This document shows, piece after piece, positions 5,906 through 14,555 of a stretch of 16,546 nucleotides of DNA. This DNA comes from Candidatus Firestoneibacteriota bacterium. GTDB taxonomy: Bacteria > Oederibacteriota > D2-FULL-39-29 > JBBTED01. Where the stretch lies: the NCBI GenBank assembly GCA_038042445.1, contig JBBTED010000155.1:1-16546 (forward strand). Reading direction: 5' to 3'. The notes under the pieces are model-generated. The model was given only the letters and a program-made list of their open reading frames with translations. It had not been told where the DNA came from and made no database searches. The stretch's first letter is position 1. Each line of letters starts with the position of its first letter. Position numbers and translations under genes: made by a program.

Positions 5906-8480
5906 GATAAGAAAAATATTTCTGGAATTTTTTAAATCAAAGGGCCATAGGTTCGTGCCAAGTGATTCTTTGGTTCCAAAAGACCCCACTTTGCTTTTTA
6001 CAAGTGCAGGAATGGTTCAATTCAAACCAATGTTTTTAGCTACAGAAAAACTGGAATATTCCACTGCTGTTTCCTGTCAAAAATGTTTTAGAACTCCGGA
6101 TTTAGAAAGAGTTGGACATACAATAAGACATCACACATTTTTTGAAATGTTAGGTAATTTTTCATTTGGAGATTACTTTAAAAAAGAAGCAATAGAATAT
6201 GCATGGGAATTTGTTGTTGATGTTCTAAAACTTCCTAAAGATGACTTATGGATTAGTATTTACCTTGACGACAACGAGGCTTATGAAATATGGAAAAAAA
6301 CAATAGGTGTCCCTGAAAATAGAATTATAAGATTAGGTAAAGAAGAAAATTTCTGGGGACCTGTAAGCACAGAAGGTGGTCCTTGTGGACCTTGCTCAGA
6401 AATATATATTGATTTTGGTCCTAAATATGGATGTGGCAAAGCATCTTGTAAACCCGGATGTGAATGCAACAGATTTGAAGAATTCTGGAATTTAGTATTC
6501 CAGCAATACAATCAGGATGAAAAAGGAATTTTAAATCCGCTTCCTAAAGGTGGAATTGATACAGGACTGGGATTAGAAAGACTTACAGCAATATTACAAG
6601 GTGTCCAAAGCAATTTTGAAACTGATTTGATAAAACCAATAATTAATGAAATATCTTTAATCACTGGAGTTCAGTATGGAAAGAACAAAGATTTTGATGT
6701 GCATCTAAGAATTATTGCTGACCATATAAGGGCAATCACATTTTTAATATCAGATGGTGTTCTACCATCAAATGACGGCAGAGGATATGTTTTAAGAAGA
6801 ATTTTAAGACGCGCTTTTAGATTTGGAAAACTTATGGGATTAGACAAACCATTTCTATATACATTAGTAGGAACTGTGACAAATATTATGAAGGAATCGT
6901 ATCCTGAGCTTACTGAAAGACGTGAGAATATAAGCAAAATAACACTATATGAAGAAGAACGTTTCAAAGAAACATTAAATACAGGAGAAGAACTATTAAA
7001 TCAATTAATAGAAAAAGGCGAGAAAAAAATCAGTGGCAAAGATGCTTTTAAATTATATGACACCTACGGATTTCCTCTTGAATTAACAAAAGAAATCGCA
7101 CAAGAACGTAATATAACAGTAGACGAAAATGAATTTAAAACAGAGCTTGAAAAACAACAACATCAGGCAAGAACTGCATGGAAAGGTTCTGGTGAATCTA
7201 CAAACGATATATATCATACTTTATTAAATAAATATAAAACTACAGAATTTTTAGGGTATGAAACTTTAGAATCAGATTCAACAATACTTGCCATTTTAAA
7301 AAATAATGACAATATTGAAATACTACTTGATAAAACTCCTTTTTATGGTGAATCTGGCGGACAAGTTGGAGACACAGGGACTTTAACTGCTGACGGGATA
7401 AATTTAGATGTTATTAACACATATAAACCAATACCAGAACTTATAATACATAAAGTAAAAATAAATAAAGGCAATATCACAGAAGAAAAAAAACTCCATT
7501 GCATAGTCAACAAAGAATACAGGAATGCAATTGCAAGACATCATACTGCAACGCATCTTCTGCAATGGGCACTCAGAGAAGTATTAGGCACACATATTAC
7601 TCAATCAGGTTCTCTTGTGTCTTCAGAATCCTTAAGATTTGATTTTACTCATTTTTCTGCAATAAAACCAAATGAGTTAAAACGCATAGAAGAATTAGCT
7701 AATGAAAAAATTTTAGAAAATTTATGTGTCACAACAAAAGAAATGAGTATCAAAGAAGCACGAAAAGAAAAAGTAATAGCATTATTCGGCGAGAAATATG
7801 GCGAAAAAGTTAGAATGGTAGAAATAGATAAAATCAGCAAAGAACTTTGTGGCGGCACACATATTAAAGCTACAGGTGAATTAGGCTCATTTAAAATAAT
7901 AGGCGAAGAAAGTGTTGCTGCAGGTGTAAGACGAATTACTGCAGTAACTGGAATGCCGGCATATAAAATGGTTTTAAAAACAGAAGAACTAATTGAAACA
8001 ATTGCTTTAAAATTAAAAACAAGTTCTACAGATATACAGCAAAAAATAGAACAATTATTACAGCGGAATAAATCACAGGAAAAAGAAATTGAAAATTTAA
8101 AAACCCGATTAGCTGGTGAAGGCGAAAATTTAATGTCAAAATTAACATCAGTTGAAGGAATAAATATTTTACCGGTAAGATTAGACGGTATGGATATAAA
8201 TTCACTACGCAAAATAGGGGATTCCTTAAAAACAAAGATTAAATCAGGAATCATAATTTTAGGAAGTGCGAATGAAAATAAAGCAAATTTGGTTGTTATG
8301 GTTACGTCGGATATTTCTGCGAAACTACAAGCAGATAAAATAATTAAAGAATTTGTCTTTATGTTAGGTGGAAGCGGCGGCGGAAAACCAGAATTAGCAC
8401 AAGCAGGATGCAAAGATATTTTAAAATTAGATGTTGCATTAAATTCTGCAACCGAAATAATCAAAAAAATTTTGCATTGA
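5892..8480 (+). CDS. alaS: Alanine--tRNA ligase
   Basis: DPTLLFTSAGMVQFK, RHHTFFEMLGNFSFGDYFK, IDTGLGLERL, editing motifs HHTATHLL and ELCGGTH, and C-terminal GGSGGGKPELAQAG. Confidence 0.99.
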   Translation: MTGNEIRKIFLEFFKSKGHRFVPSDSLVPKDPTLLFTSAGMVQFKPMFLATEKLEYSTAVSCQKCFRTPDLERVGHTIRHHTFFEMLGNFSFGDYFKKEAIEYAWEFVVDVLKLPKDDLWISIYLDDNEAYEIWKKTIGVPENRIIRLGKEENFWGPVSTEGGPCGPCSEIYIDFGPKYGCGKASCKPGCECNRFEEFWNLVFQQYNQDEKGILNPLPKGGIDTGLGLERLTAILQGVQSNFETDLIKPIINEISLITGVQYGKNKDFDVHLRIIADHIRAITFLISDGVLPSNDGRGYVLRRILRRAFRFGKLMGLDKPFLYTLVGTVTNIMKESYPELTERRENISKITLYEEERFKETLNTGEELLNQLIEKGEKKISGKDAFKLYDTYGFPLELTKEIAQERNITVDENEFKTELEKQQHQARTAWKGSGESTNDIYHTLLNKYKTTEFLGYETLESDSTILAILKNNDNIEILLDKTPFYGESGGQVGDTGTLTADGINLDVINTYKPIPELIIHKVKINKGNITEEKKLHCIVNKEYRNAIARHHTATHLLQWALREVLGTHITQSGSLVSSESLRFDFTHFSAIKPNELKRIEELANEKILENLCVTTKEMSIKEARKEKVIALFGEKYGEKVRMVEIDKISKELCGGTHIKATGELGSFKIIGEESVAAGVRRITAVTGMPAYKMVLKTEELIETIALKLKTSSTDIQQKIEQLLQRNKSQEKEIENLKTRLAGEGENLMSKLTSVEGINILPVRLDGMDINSLRKIGDSLKTKIKSGIIILGSANENKANLVVMVTSDISAKLQADKIIKEFVFMLGGSGGGKPELAQAGCKDILKLDVALNSATEIIKKILH

Positions 8481-8506
8481 AAAATATGAAGTGAATATGC
8501 TATATT
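8477..8506 (+). promoter_or_regulatory. Possible sigma70 promoter for the TA operon
   Basis: TTGAAA (8477-8482), 18-nt spacer, TATATT (8501-8506), with an extended TG. Confidence 0.45.
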
Positions 8507-8528
8507 AAATTTTGGTGAGGTGAATAAA

Positions 8529-8747
8529 ATGAAGACAATAGACACTCCAATTAGTATTCCGAAACGAATTACCAAAGGCAAAGAATTAGTGGTTTTAACA
8601 AAGGACGAATATAATCGCCTTGTTGAAACCAAAAAAGAGACATTGCAAATTCTTCAGATAATAGCAGAAGGAGAAAAAGCATACAGAGAAGGTAAAACTA
8701 TTGTTGCTTCTTCTTTAAAGCAAGCATTAAAATTTAATGCAAAGTGA
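8529..8747 (+). CDS. Putative type II antitoxin
   Basis: 72 aa, ISIPKRITKGKELVVLTKDEY...EGEKAYREGKT. SD GAGGTG. Overlaps the start of a RelE-type toxin. Confidence 0.75.
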   Translation: MKTIDTPISIPKRITKGKELVVLTKDEYNRLVETKKETLQILQIIAEGEKAYREGKTIVASSLKQALKFNAK

Positions 8748-9012
8748 TAAAATTAAGCAGATACATTTTTCGCCTCGTTTTTTAAAGTCGTTTAATAACT
8801 TGCCAAAATTTACACAAAAACTTGCAGACACAAAAGATGAAATCTTCAGAAAAAATCCATTTGATATAAAATTGCATACACATATGCTTAAAGGTGAATT
8901 AAATGGTATATGGTCTTATTCTGTTAATTATAACTATCGGGTATTATTTCGTTTTATCAAAAATGATGAAGTTCTTTATTATGATATTGGTACTCATGAA
9001 ATTTACAGATAA
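8737..9012 (+). CDS. RelE/StbE/YafQ-family mRNA interferase toxin
   Basis: FSPRFLKSF, LHTHMLKGELNGIWSYSVNYNYRVLF and C-terminal DIGTHEIY. Confidence 0.9.
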   Translation: MQSDKIKQIHFSPRFLKSFNNLPKFTQKLADTKDEIFRKNPFDIKLHTHMLKGELNGIWSYSVNYNYRVLFRFIKNDEVLYYDIGTHEIYR

Positions 9013-9029
9013 ATTAGGAGGTGGGTAAA

Positions 9030-9329
9030 ATGGCAAATGTATTAGAAAAAATATTATTGGCTGGTTTAGGAGCTTTTGCATTAAGTGAAGAAAGAACAAA
9101 GGAACTAATAGAAGAATTGGTAAAACGTGGTGAAGTTACTGCAAAAGACGGTGAAGGAATAATTAAAGAGTTTCTAAAAAAAGCCAAACAAAGCAGAATT
9201 GAAATAGAAGATAAAGTCAAAGCAGAAATAAAGAAAGCATTGCCTAAAATGAATATTGCCACACAAGATGATATTAAAAGACTTGAAAAGAAAATAAATG
9301 ACCTTGTAAAAAAGAATAAAAAGGGTTAA
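9030..9329 (+). CDS. Phasin-like / PHA-granule-associated coiled-coil protein (COG3937-like)
   Basis: LEKILLAGLGAFALSEE...LVKRGEV...EG and IATQDDIKRLEKKI patterns. SD AGGAGG. This family usually neighbours ABC1 kinases. Confidence 0.85.
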   Translation: MANVLEKILLAGLGAFALSEERTKELIEELVKRGEVTAKDGEGIIKEFLKKAKQSRIEIEDKVKAEIKKALPKMNIATQDDIKRLEKKINDLVKKNKKG

Positions 9330-9342
9330 TTAGCCCTTAATT

Positions 9343-10404
9343 ATGATTAAAAGCATTGCAATATTCGCTATGTTATGTTTTTCAATTACAACAAACAATT
9401 GTTATGCAGATGACGAACTGTTTGGTGTCCATGTTAAACAAATCGGAGTAAAAGCTTCCCCTGATTTAAGTTTTATAGCGCCAGATGGAATAGCTCATAT
9501 AGGACTAAATAAAACAATAGACACAAGCAGATTTGATTTAGATGTAAAATATAATGGTTTTGAATCAAAAATTGAATCCGGAATAAAATACACTTACACT
9601 GATTTTCCATATCCAAATGTTTCATTTTATGATTCTGTAGCATTCGAAAAAATATATTTGCAGAAAAAATATTTGGAACGAATAAAAGGTGGTGCAATTG
9701 GAGTTTCCAGCCCAAAATTTTACAATCTCAGTTTATCTACACTTGCAAAATTTGAAGATTATTTCACAGCGTCTTTTGAAGAATCCATATACCTTGATAA
9801 AGGCACACTTAATACAGCTATAATTTCTTTAGCATTAGACTCTGTTACAGAAACAAATAATACAAAACAAGGTATAAAAAGCTCTTTGAATTACAAAAAA
9901 GGATTAACTTATTTTGGCGGAGATTATGACTTCGCAAAATTAGAATTGAATAATACACTCTATTTACCAATTAGTAGTGGACAAGATTTAGCAATAAAAT
10001 TTTCATTAGGTTATCCTTTAACATCAAAAAATATTCCTCTGCCTGAAACTTATTCAATAGGAGGATATAATATTATTAGAGGAATAGGCCAAGACGAATT
10101 ACGCGGTAAAGGAATAATATTATTTAATACTGACTATAACATTTCATTAGTTGGGAAAATGGAAAAAGAATGGTTTTGGTTTTCATGGAAAGAACTAGCA
10201 GGTGTTCTTTTTTTTGATGTTGGCAAAGTTGGTGATGAAAATATTTTTGTGTCACATGAAAAATACAGAACAAGCACAGGTTGTGGCTTAGTTTTAAAAC
10301 TTAGTGCCAGAGATTATCCATTTCAAATTGGCGCTATATTAGCACAAGCATTAGAAACTGAAAGAAAACCGATTTTATATTTAAATTTTTCAACCCCATG
10401 GTAA
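9343..10404 (+). CDS. Omp85/BamA-TamA-like outer-membrane beta-barrel lacking POTRA domains
   Basis: Signal peptide, alternating amphipathic strands, YSIGGYNIIRGI (loop-6 GG..RG-like), FFDVGKV, STGCGL and an aromatic C-terminus LYLNFSTPW. Confidence 0.62.
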   Translation: MIKSIAIFAMLCFSITTNNCYADDELFGVHVKQIGVKASPDLSFIAPDGIAHIGLNKTIDTSRFDLDVKYNGFESKIESGIKYTYTDFPYPNVSFYDSVAFEKIYLQKKYLERIKGGAIGVSSPKFYNLSLSTLAKFEDYFTASFEESIYLDKGTLNTAIISLALDSVTETNNTKQGIKSSLNYKKGLTYFGGDYDFAKLELNNTLYLPISSGQDLAIKFSLGYPLTSKNIPLPETYSIGGYNIIRGIGQDELRGKGIILFNTDYNISLVGKMEKEWFWFSWKELAGVLFFDVGKVGDENIFVSHEKYRTSTGCGLVLKLSARDYPFQIGAILAQALETERKPILYLNFSTPW

Positions 10405-10413
10405 AAAAATATA

Positions 10414-10465
10414 TGTAGTTGCCGATTTATCGGCATAAAAAAACGCTGATAAATCAGCGACTACA
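10414..10465. repeat. GTAG-type REP doublet (REPIN-like inverted pair)
   Basis: GTAGTTGCCGATTTATCGGC and, inverted, GTAGTCGCTGATTTATCAGC. Each unit is an internal hairpin. Confidence 0.8.
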
Positions 10466-10476
10466 AATTTTAATAT

Positions 10477-12159
10477 ATGCAAATAATACGCTTAAGAAAA
10501 ACATATAAAAATATTAAAAGAATGCGTCAGATTTTAAATGTATTAATCAAACACGGATTTGGATATTTGGTTTCAAAATTAGGTTTACAACCATATATTT
10601 CTTTTGGCAAAAGAATAGTAAAGTTTAAACATTTTGAACACATAGATGAAATACTTTCTATGTCACAAAGATTAAGATTAGTATGTGAAGAATTAGGTCC
10701 TACTTTTATAAAATTTGGGCAATTTTTAAGTTCCAGAGCAGATATTTTACCAAAAGAATTCGTAGAGGAATTATCCAAACTTCAAGATAATACAACTGCA
10801 TTTTCTTTTGAAGAAGTCGAAAAACTATTAAATATAGAATTCCTAATATCCTACACAGAAATATTTCCATATTTTGAAAAAGAACCTACTGCTTGTGCAT
10901 CAATAGCTCAAGTGCATTATGCGAAATTAAAAACCGGCGAAGATGTAATGGTAAAAATACAACGGCCTGATATTCAAAAAAATATAACCATTGACTTTGA
11001 AATATTAAAGAATTTAGCTGTTTTACTGGAAAAACATATCCCAGAAAGTAGAACCTATAATCCAACTGGAATAATAAATGAATTTTTAAAAATAATAACA
11101 AAAGAACTTGATTTTTCGTATGAAGCAAGTAACGCAGATAAATTTAGACGAAATTTCAAAGATAGTAAACTTGTAATTATTCCAAAAGTTTATTTTGAAC
11201 ATACAACAAAACGTATTTTAACTATAGAAAAAATTACTGGCTATAAAATATCGGATGTAATTAATTCCAAGGATTTAAAAATTGACAAGAAAAAAATTGC
11301 GTCTAATCTTGTAAATGTATATATAAAAATGGTATTTGAGGACAAATTTTTTCATGGAGATCCTCACCCGGGTAATATATTTGTACAAAAGGATGGAAAA
11401 ATCATACTCGTAGATTTTGGGATTGCAGGTTATATAAATGAAGAAATGATGCAACATTTACTCTATCTTTTTATTAATTTTTTAAAAAGAGGATTGTCTC
11501 CGATTTTAATTGAATACTTAAAATTGGGTGTGTCAAATGAGAACTGGAAAGAGTATGAGAAAGAACTTATTGATTTGGTTGAACGATTCCACAGTTTTCC
11601 AATTAAAAGTATAAAAGTAAGCTCTGTTCTTGATGAAATAATACAATTAGTCGTAAAACATAAATTAAAACTTCCATCGGACTTTGTTTTGCTTGGGAAA
11701 ACATTTATGATTATAGAAAACCTGGCGCGCAAACTTGACCCTGAATTTAATTTTATACTTGTTGCAGAACCTTATGCAAAAAATTTGCTTTTAAAAAGAA
11801 TACAACCACAATACCTTGCCAAGAACTTATGGGTATTTTTCACTGATTTGTATGATTTATTAAAAACATTCCCGCAAAACATACGGAATATTTTCAATAA
11901 AATTCAACAAGGTTCACTTAAATTAGAATTTGAACACAAAGGATTAGAAAACTTGATACTTGAACTTGATAAAGCAAGCAACAGACTATCATTCAGTATG
12001 ATAATAGCAAGTTTAATAATAGGTTCATCTTTAGTTATACAATCTGGATTTGGTCCAAAATTCTATGGTTTTTCAGCATTAGGAATATTTGGCTATTTCA
12101 TAGCAGGAATTTTAGGCCTATGGCTTGCAATAGCAATACTACGCTCCGGCAGGCTATAA
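10477..12159 (+). CDS. ABC1/AarF/UbiB-family atypical protein kinase
   Basis: ELGPTFIKFGQFLSSRADILP, ACASIAQVH, VKIQRP, FFHGDPHPGN and DFG motifs, plus two C-terminal TM helices. Confidence 0.95.
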   Translation: MQIIRLRKTYKNIKRMRQILNVLIKHGFGYLVSKLGLQPYISFGKRIVKFKHFEHIDEILSMSQRLRLVCEELGPTFIKFGQFLSSRADILPKEFVEELSKLQDNTTAFSFEEVEKLLNIEFLISYTEIFPYFEKEPTACASIAQVHYAKLKTGEDVMVKIQRPDIQKNITIDFEILKNLAVLLEKHIPESRTYNPTGIINEFLKIITKELDFSYEASNADKFRRNFKDSKLVIIPKVYFEHTTKRILTIEKITGYKISDVINSKDLKIDKKKIASNLVNVYIKMVFEDKFFHGDPHPGNIFVQKDGKIILVDFGIAGYINEEMMQHLLYLFINFLKRGLSPILIEYLKLGVSNENWKEYEKELIDLVERFHSFPIKSIKVSSVLDEIIQLVVKHKLKLPSDFVLLGKTFMIIENLARKLDPEFNFILVAEPYAKNLLLKRIQPQYLAKNLWVFFTDLYDLLKTFPQNIRNIFNKIQQGSLKLEFEHKGLENLILELDKASNRLSFSMIIASLIIGSSLVIQSGFGPKFYGFSALGIFGYFIAGILGLWLAIAILRSGRL

Positions 12160-12177
12160 ACACCACTTACTTAATAC

Positions 12178-12283
12178 GTAATAGATTAGCCATTATAAGT
12201 CATTGCGAACGAAGTGAAGCAATCTAAATACGAGATTACTTCACTTCGTTCGCAATGACAACTTGAAACCGCTAACCTATTAC
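12178..12283. mobile_element. 106-bp MITE-like element with 13-bp TIRs and an 8-bp target-site duplication
   Basis: TIRs GTAATAGATTAGC (12178-12190) and GCTAACCTATTAC (12271-12283), one mismatch. CTTAATAC flanks both ends (12170-12177, 12284-12291). Confidence 0.75.
12199..12259. repeat. GTCATTGCGA-type long palindromic element nested inside the MITE; may also act as a terminator between convergent genes
   Basis: 27-nt arms at 12199-12225 and 12233-12259 with one mismatch and a 7-nt loop. Confidence 0.85.
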
Positions 12284-12301
12284 CTTAATACGTTCTTAAT
12301 A

Positions 12302-12335
12302 AAATCCCCCCTACCCCCCTTTGTCAAAGTGGGAA
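12302..12335. repeat. AATCCCCCCT-CCCCCTTT-AAAG(T)GGG type short palindromic repeat
   Basis: C-rich leader plus a hairpin CCCCCTTT/AAAGTGGG. Resembles a widespread intergenic repeat class. Confidence 0.5.
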
Positions 12336-12342
12336 ATTTGAT

Positions 12343-12416
12343 TGTCATCCTGAACTTGTTTCAGGATCTCAAAACGCTTTAATTTTATTAGATGCTGAAA
12401 TAAATTCAGCATGACA
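12343..12416. repeat. 74-bp GTCAT-type double-hairpin REP-like element, copy 1
   Basis: TGTCATCCTGAACTTGTTTCAGGATCT...AGATGCTGAAATAAATTCAGCATGACA, 67/74 identical to 16239-16312. Confidence 0.9.
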
Positions 12417-12437
12417 AAATAACAATTATTCCAAATG

Positions 12438-14552
12438 TTACTTTGCTAAAATTAGCGTTCCACTCAATGTAGTGTTGCCGATTTTGAGCTGGCAAATATA
12501 AACACCTGTTTCTACAGTATTTCCTGAATCATCTTTGCCATCCCATCTTGGATTTGTTCCTGCAATTGTTTTTATATATTTCCATTCTTTATTGTAGATT
12601 TTTACAGATACTTCCTCATTTGATGGATTGTCAAAATAAAATTCTGCATAATCATTTACCCCATCTCCATTTGGAGTAAGTGGATTTGGATAAATATTAA
12701 CTTTGCCACTGTTCTCTGTTTTCTCTTTGACTGCAAAAGTGCTTAAATGTTTAATTTTACCTGAAATTGTTTTATTCGTTGTATCAACTGTGCTTGATAT
12801 TTGTTTCCACCCAGAAACACTATCATAATAATATAAGCCCAATTTACTACCTGCATCTGCTTCTGAAACATTTGTATTTGTTATTTTGCCATCTGATACA
12901 GTATAATTAATAGTAAGAGTTATTGGCTGGTTAAAATCATCAATGTTTTTACCTGTTGTATTATTTTTCATCTCAAATTTATATCCTATACCATCAGTAA
13001 TAGAAGTGTCTTTTATTATAGTAACTGCTACATTTGTCTTTAAACTTTTTAAAATATCTGCTGATATTTCAAGAGAAGTATTAGTACCATCATTAGCATA
13101 AATTATAAGTTTATCATCAGAACCTGTATTAAATGCTTCATCTAATACAATAGGCCCACTTGTCCAAGATGCAGGTGCACCAGTAAAAGAATCATTCCAT
13201 TTATCTTTTCCTTCAACATAATATGAATAATCTTTACCTGTATTAGATAATATAATGGAAGCAGTATAAATCATACCTGTAGAATAATTACCTGAAATTT
13301 CAGTCATTGGAAATGGACTACCAGAAATTTCTGCATCACCTTTTTTAATATGTAATTTGGGATACCCTGATACAGGTGTATCTCCATCTACATCTGCATA
13401 TTTCATCTTAAATGTAAAAACTGCATTTTTATATGCCACATCATAATCTATTCCATCAGAAATATAATTTGGTTCTCCTGTCCATGATAATACAGATGGG
13501 TTATTTAATAGTGGACTTGTATATTTTAAATCACCATTAGTAGCATCATAATAACTGATATAAACTTTATTATTACTATCTATTGCTATAGATGTATATA
13601 AACCAACATTACCTGTACTGTCAAATGTTGCATATACCCATGAACCTGAAACATTTGTTGCACATTTTAAATCACCATTAGTAGTATCATAATAACTGAT
13701 ATAAACTTTATTATTACTGTCTATTGCTATAGAAGAATATCCTCCAACATAACCTATACTATCAAGTGTTACCCACGACCCTGAGACATTTGTTGCATAT
13801 TTTAAATCACCATTAGCACCATCATAATAACTGATATACACTTTATTATTACTATCTATTGCTATAGATGTATATTGTCCAATATTATTTGTACTATCAA
13901 GTATTGTATATACCCAGGAACCTGACGCATTTGTTGCATAATCCAAATTTGTACCACCATAATAACTGATATGAACTTTATTATTACTATCTATTGCTAT
14001 AGATGTATATAATCCAACATTATTTGTACTATCAAGTGTTGTTATCACCCAAGAACCTGAGACATTTGTTGCATATTTTAAATCATAATTTGTGGCATCA
14101 TAATAACTGATATACACTTTATTATTACTATCTATTGCTATAGATGTATATAATCCAACATTACCTATACTATCAAGTGTTGTATATACCCAAGAACCTG
14201 AAGCATTTGTGGCATATTTTAAATCACCATTAGTAGCATAATAATAACTAATATGAACTTTATTATTACTATCTATTGCTATAGAAGAATCTCCTCCAAC
14301 ATTACCTGTACTATCCACTATTGCATATACCCATGAACCTGATGCATTTGTTGCATATTTTGAATCACGATTACTAGCATCATAATAACTAATATGAATT
14401 TTATTATTACTATCTATTGCTATAGATGTATACCCTCCAACATCAAACGCTGAATCAAGAATATTCACATCAAATCTAAGATTTGCTGCGTATACTGTTT
14501 GTATCCACGCAAACAACATAAAAACACCTGTTAAAATTATTTTATTCCCCAT
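12438..14552 (-). CDS. Secreted protein: signal peptide, 7 x ~47-aa repeats (probable 7-bladed beta-propeller), Ig-like region, and a C-terminal FlgD-Ig / T9SS type-B-like sorting domain
   Basis: Repeat VGLYTSIAIDSNNKVYISYYDATNGDLKYATNVSGSW. C-terminus YPNPLTPNGDGVND...VKIYN...WDGKDDSG...GVYICQL. Confidence 0.85.
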   Translation of the reverse strand: MGNKIILTGVFMLFAWIQTVYAANLRFDVNILDSAFDVGGYTSIAIDSNNKIHISYYDASNRDSKYATNASGSWVYAIVDSTGNVGGDSSIAIDSNNKVHISYYYATNGDLKYATNASGSWVYTTLDSIGNVGLYTSIAIDSNNKVYISYYDATNYDLKYATNVSGSWVITTLDSTNNVGLYTSIAIDSNNKVHISYYGGTNLDYATNASGSWVYTILDSTNNIGQYTSIAIDSNNKVYISYYDGANGDLKYATNVSGSWVTLDSIGYVGGYSSIAIDSNNKVYISYYDTTNGDLKCATNVSGSWVYATFDSTGNVGLYTSIAIDSNNKVYISYYDATNGDLKYTSPLLNNPSVLSWTGEPNYISDGIDYDVAYKNAVFTFKMKYADVDGDTPVSGYPKLHIKKGDAEISGSPFPMTEISGNYSTGMIYTASIILSNTGKDYSYYVEGKDKWNDSFTGAPASWTSGPIVLDEAFNTGSDDKLIIYANDGTNTSLEISADILKSLKTNVAVTIIKDTSITDGIGYKFEMKNNTTGKNIDDFNQPITLTINYTVSDGKITNTNVSEADAGSKLGLYYYDSVSGWKQISSTVDTTNKTISGKIKHLSTFAVKEKTENSGKVNIYPNPLTPNGDGVNDYAEFYFDNPSNEEVSVKIYNKEWKYIKTIAGTNPRWDGKDDSGNTVETGVYICQLKIGNTTLSGTLILAK
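13520..14445 (-). repeat. Intragenic tandem repeat, 7 units of 141/135 bp
   Basis: CTATTGCTATAGA recurs at 13580, 13721, 13856, 13991, 14132, 14273 and 14414 (spacings 141,135,135,141,141,141). Confidence 0.95.
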
Positions 14553-14555
14553 TTT

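Noticed and set aside
481..8480. Alternative genetic code (TGA read-through)
   Set aside because: TGA ends full-length recX, alaS and the XRE gene at expected positions, and the long genes have no internal TGA.
7649..8632. 327-aa minus-strand ORF and other antisense ORFs in the track (456-803, 990-1202, 2582-2821, 3371-3616, 5458-5649, 6281-6967, 8026-8235, 9014-9262, 9473-9715, 10527-11732, 14602-15804)
   Set aside because: They are shadows of well-supported genes on the opposite strand, with no recognisable motifs.
10477..12159. Assigning the symbol ubiB
   Set aside because: The family is clear, but there is no ubiE/ubiJ context, so a role in ubiquinone synthesis is not supported.
13520..14445. 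CRISPR array or DGR template/variable repeat
   Set aside because: Units are 135-141 bp, in frame within a coding gene, and lack unique spacers. There is no reverse transcriptase or non-coding template copy in the window.
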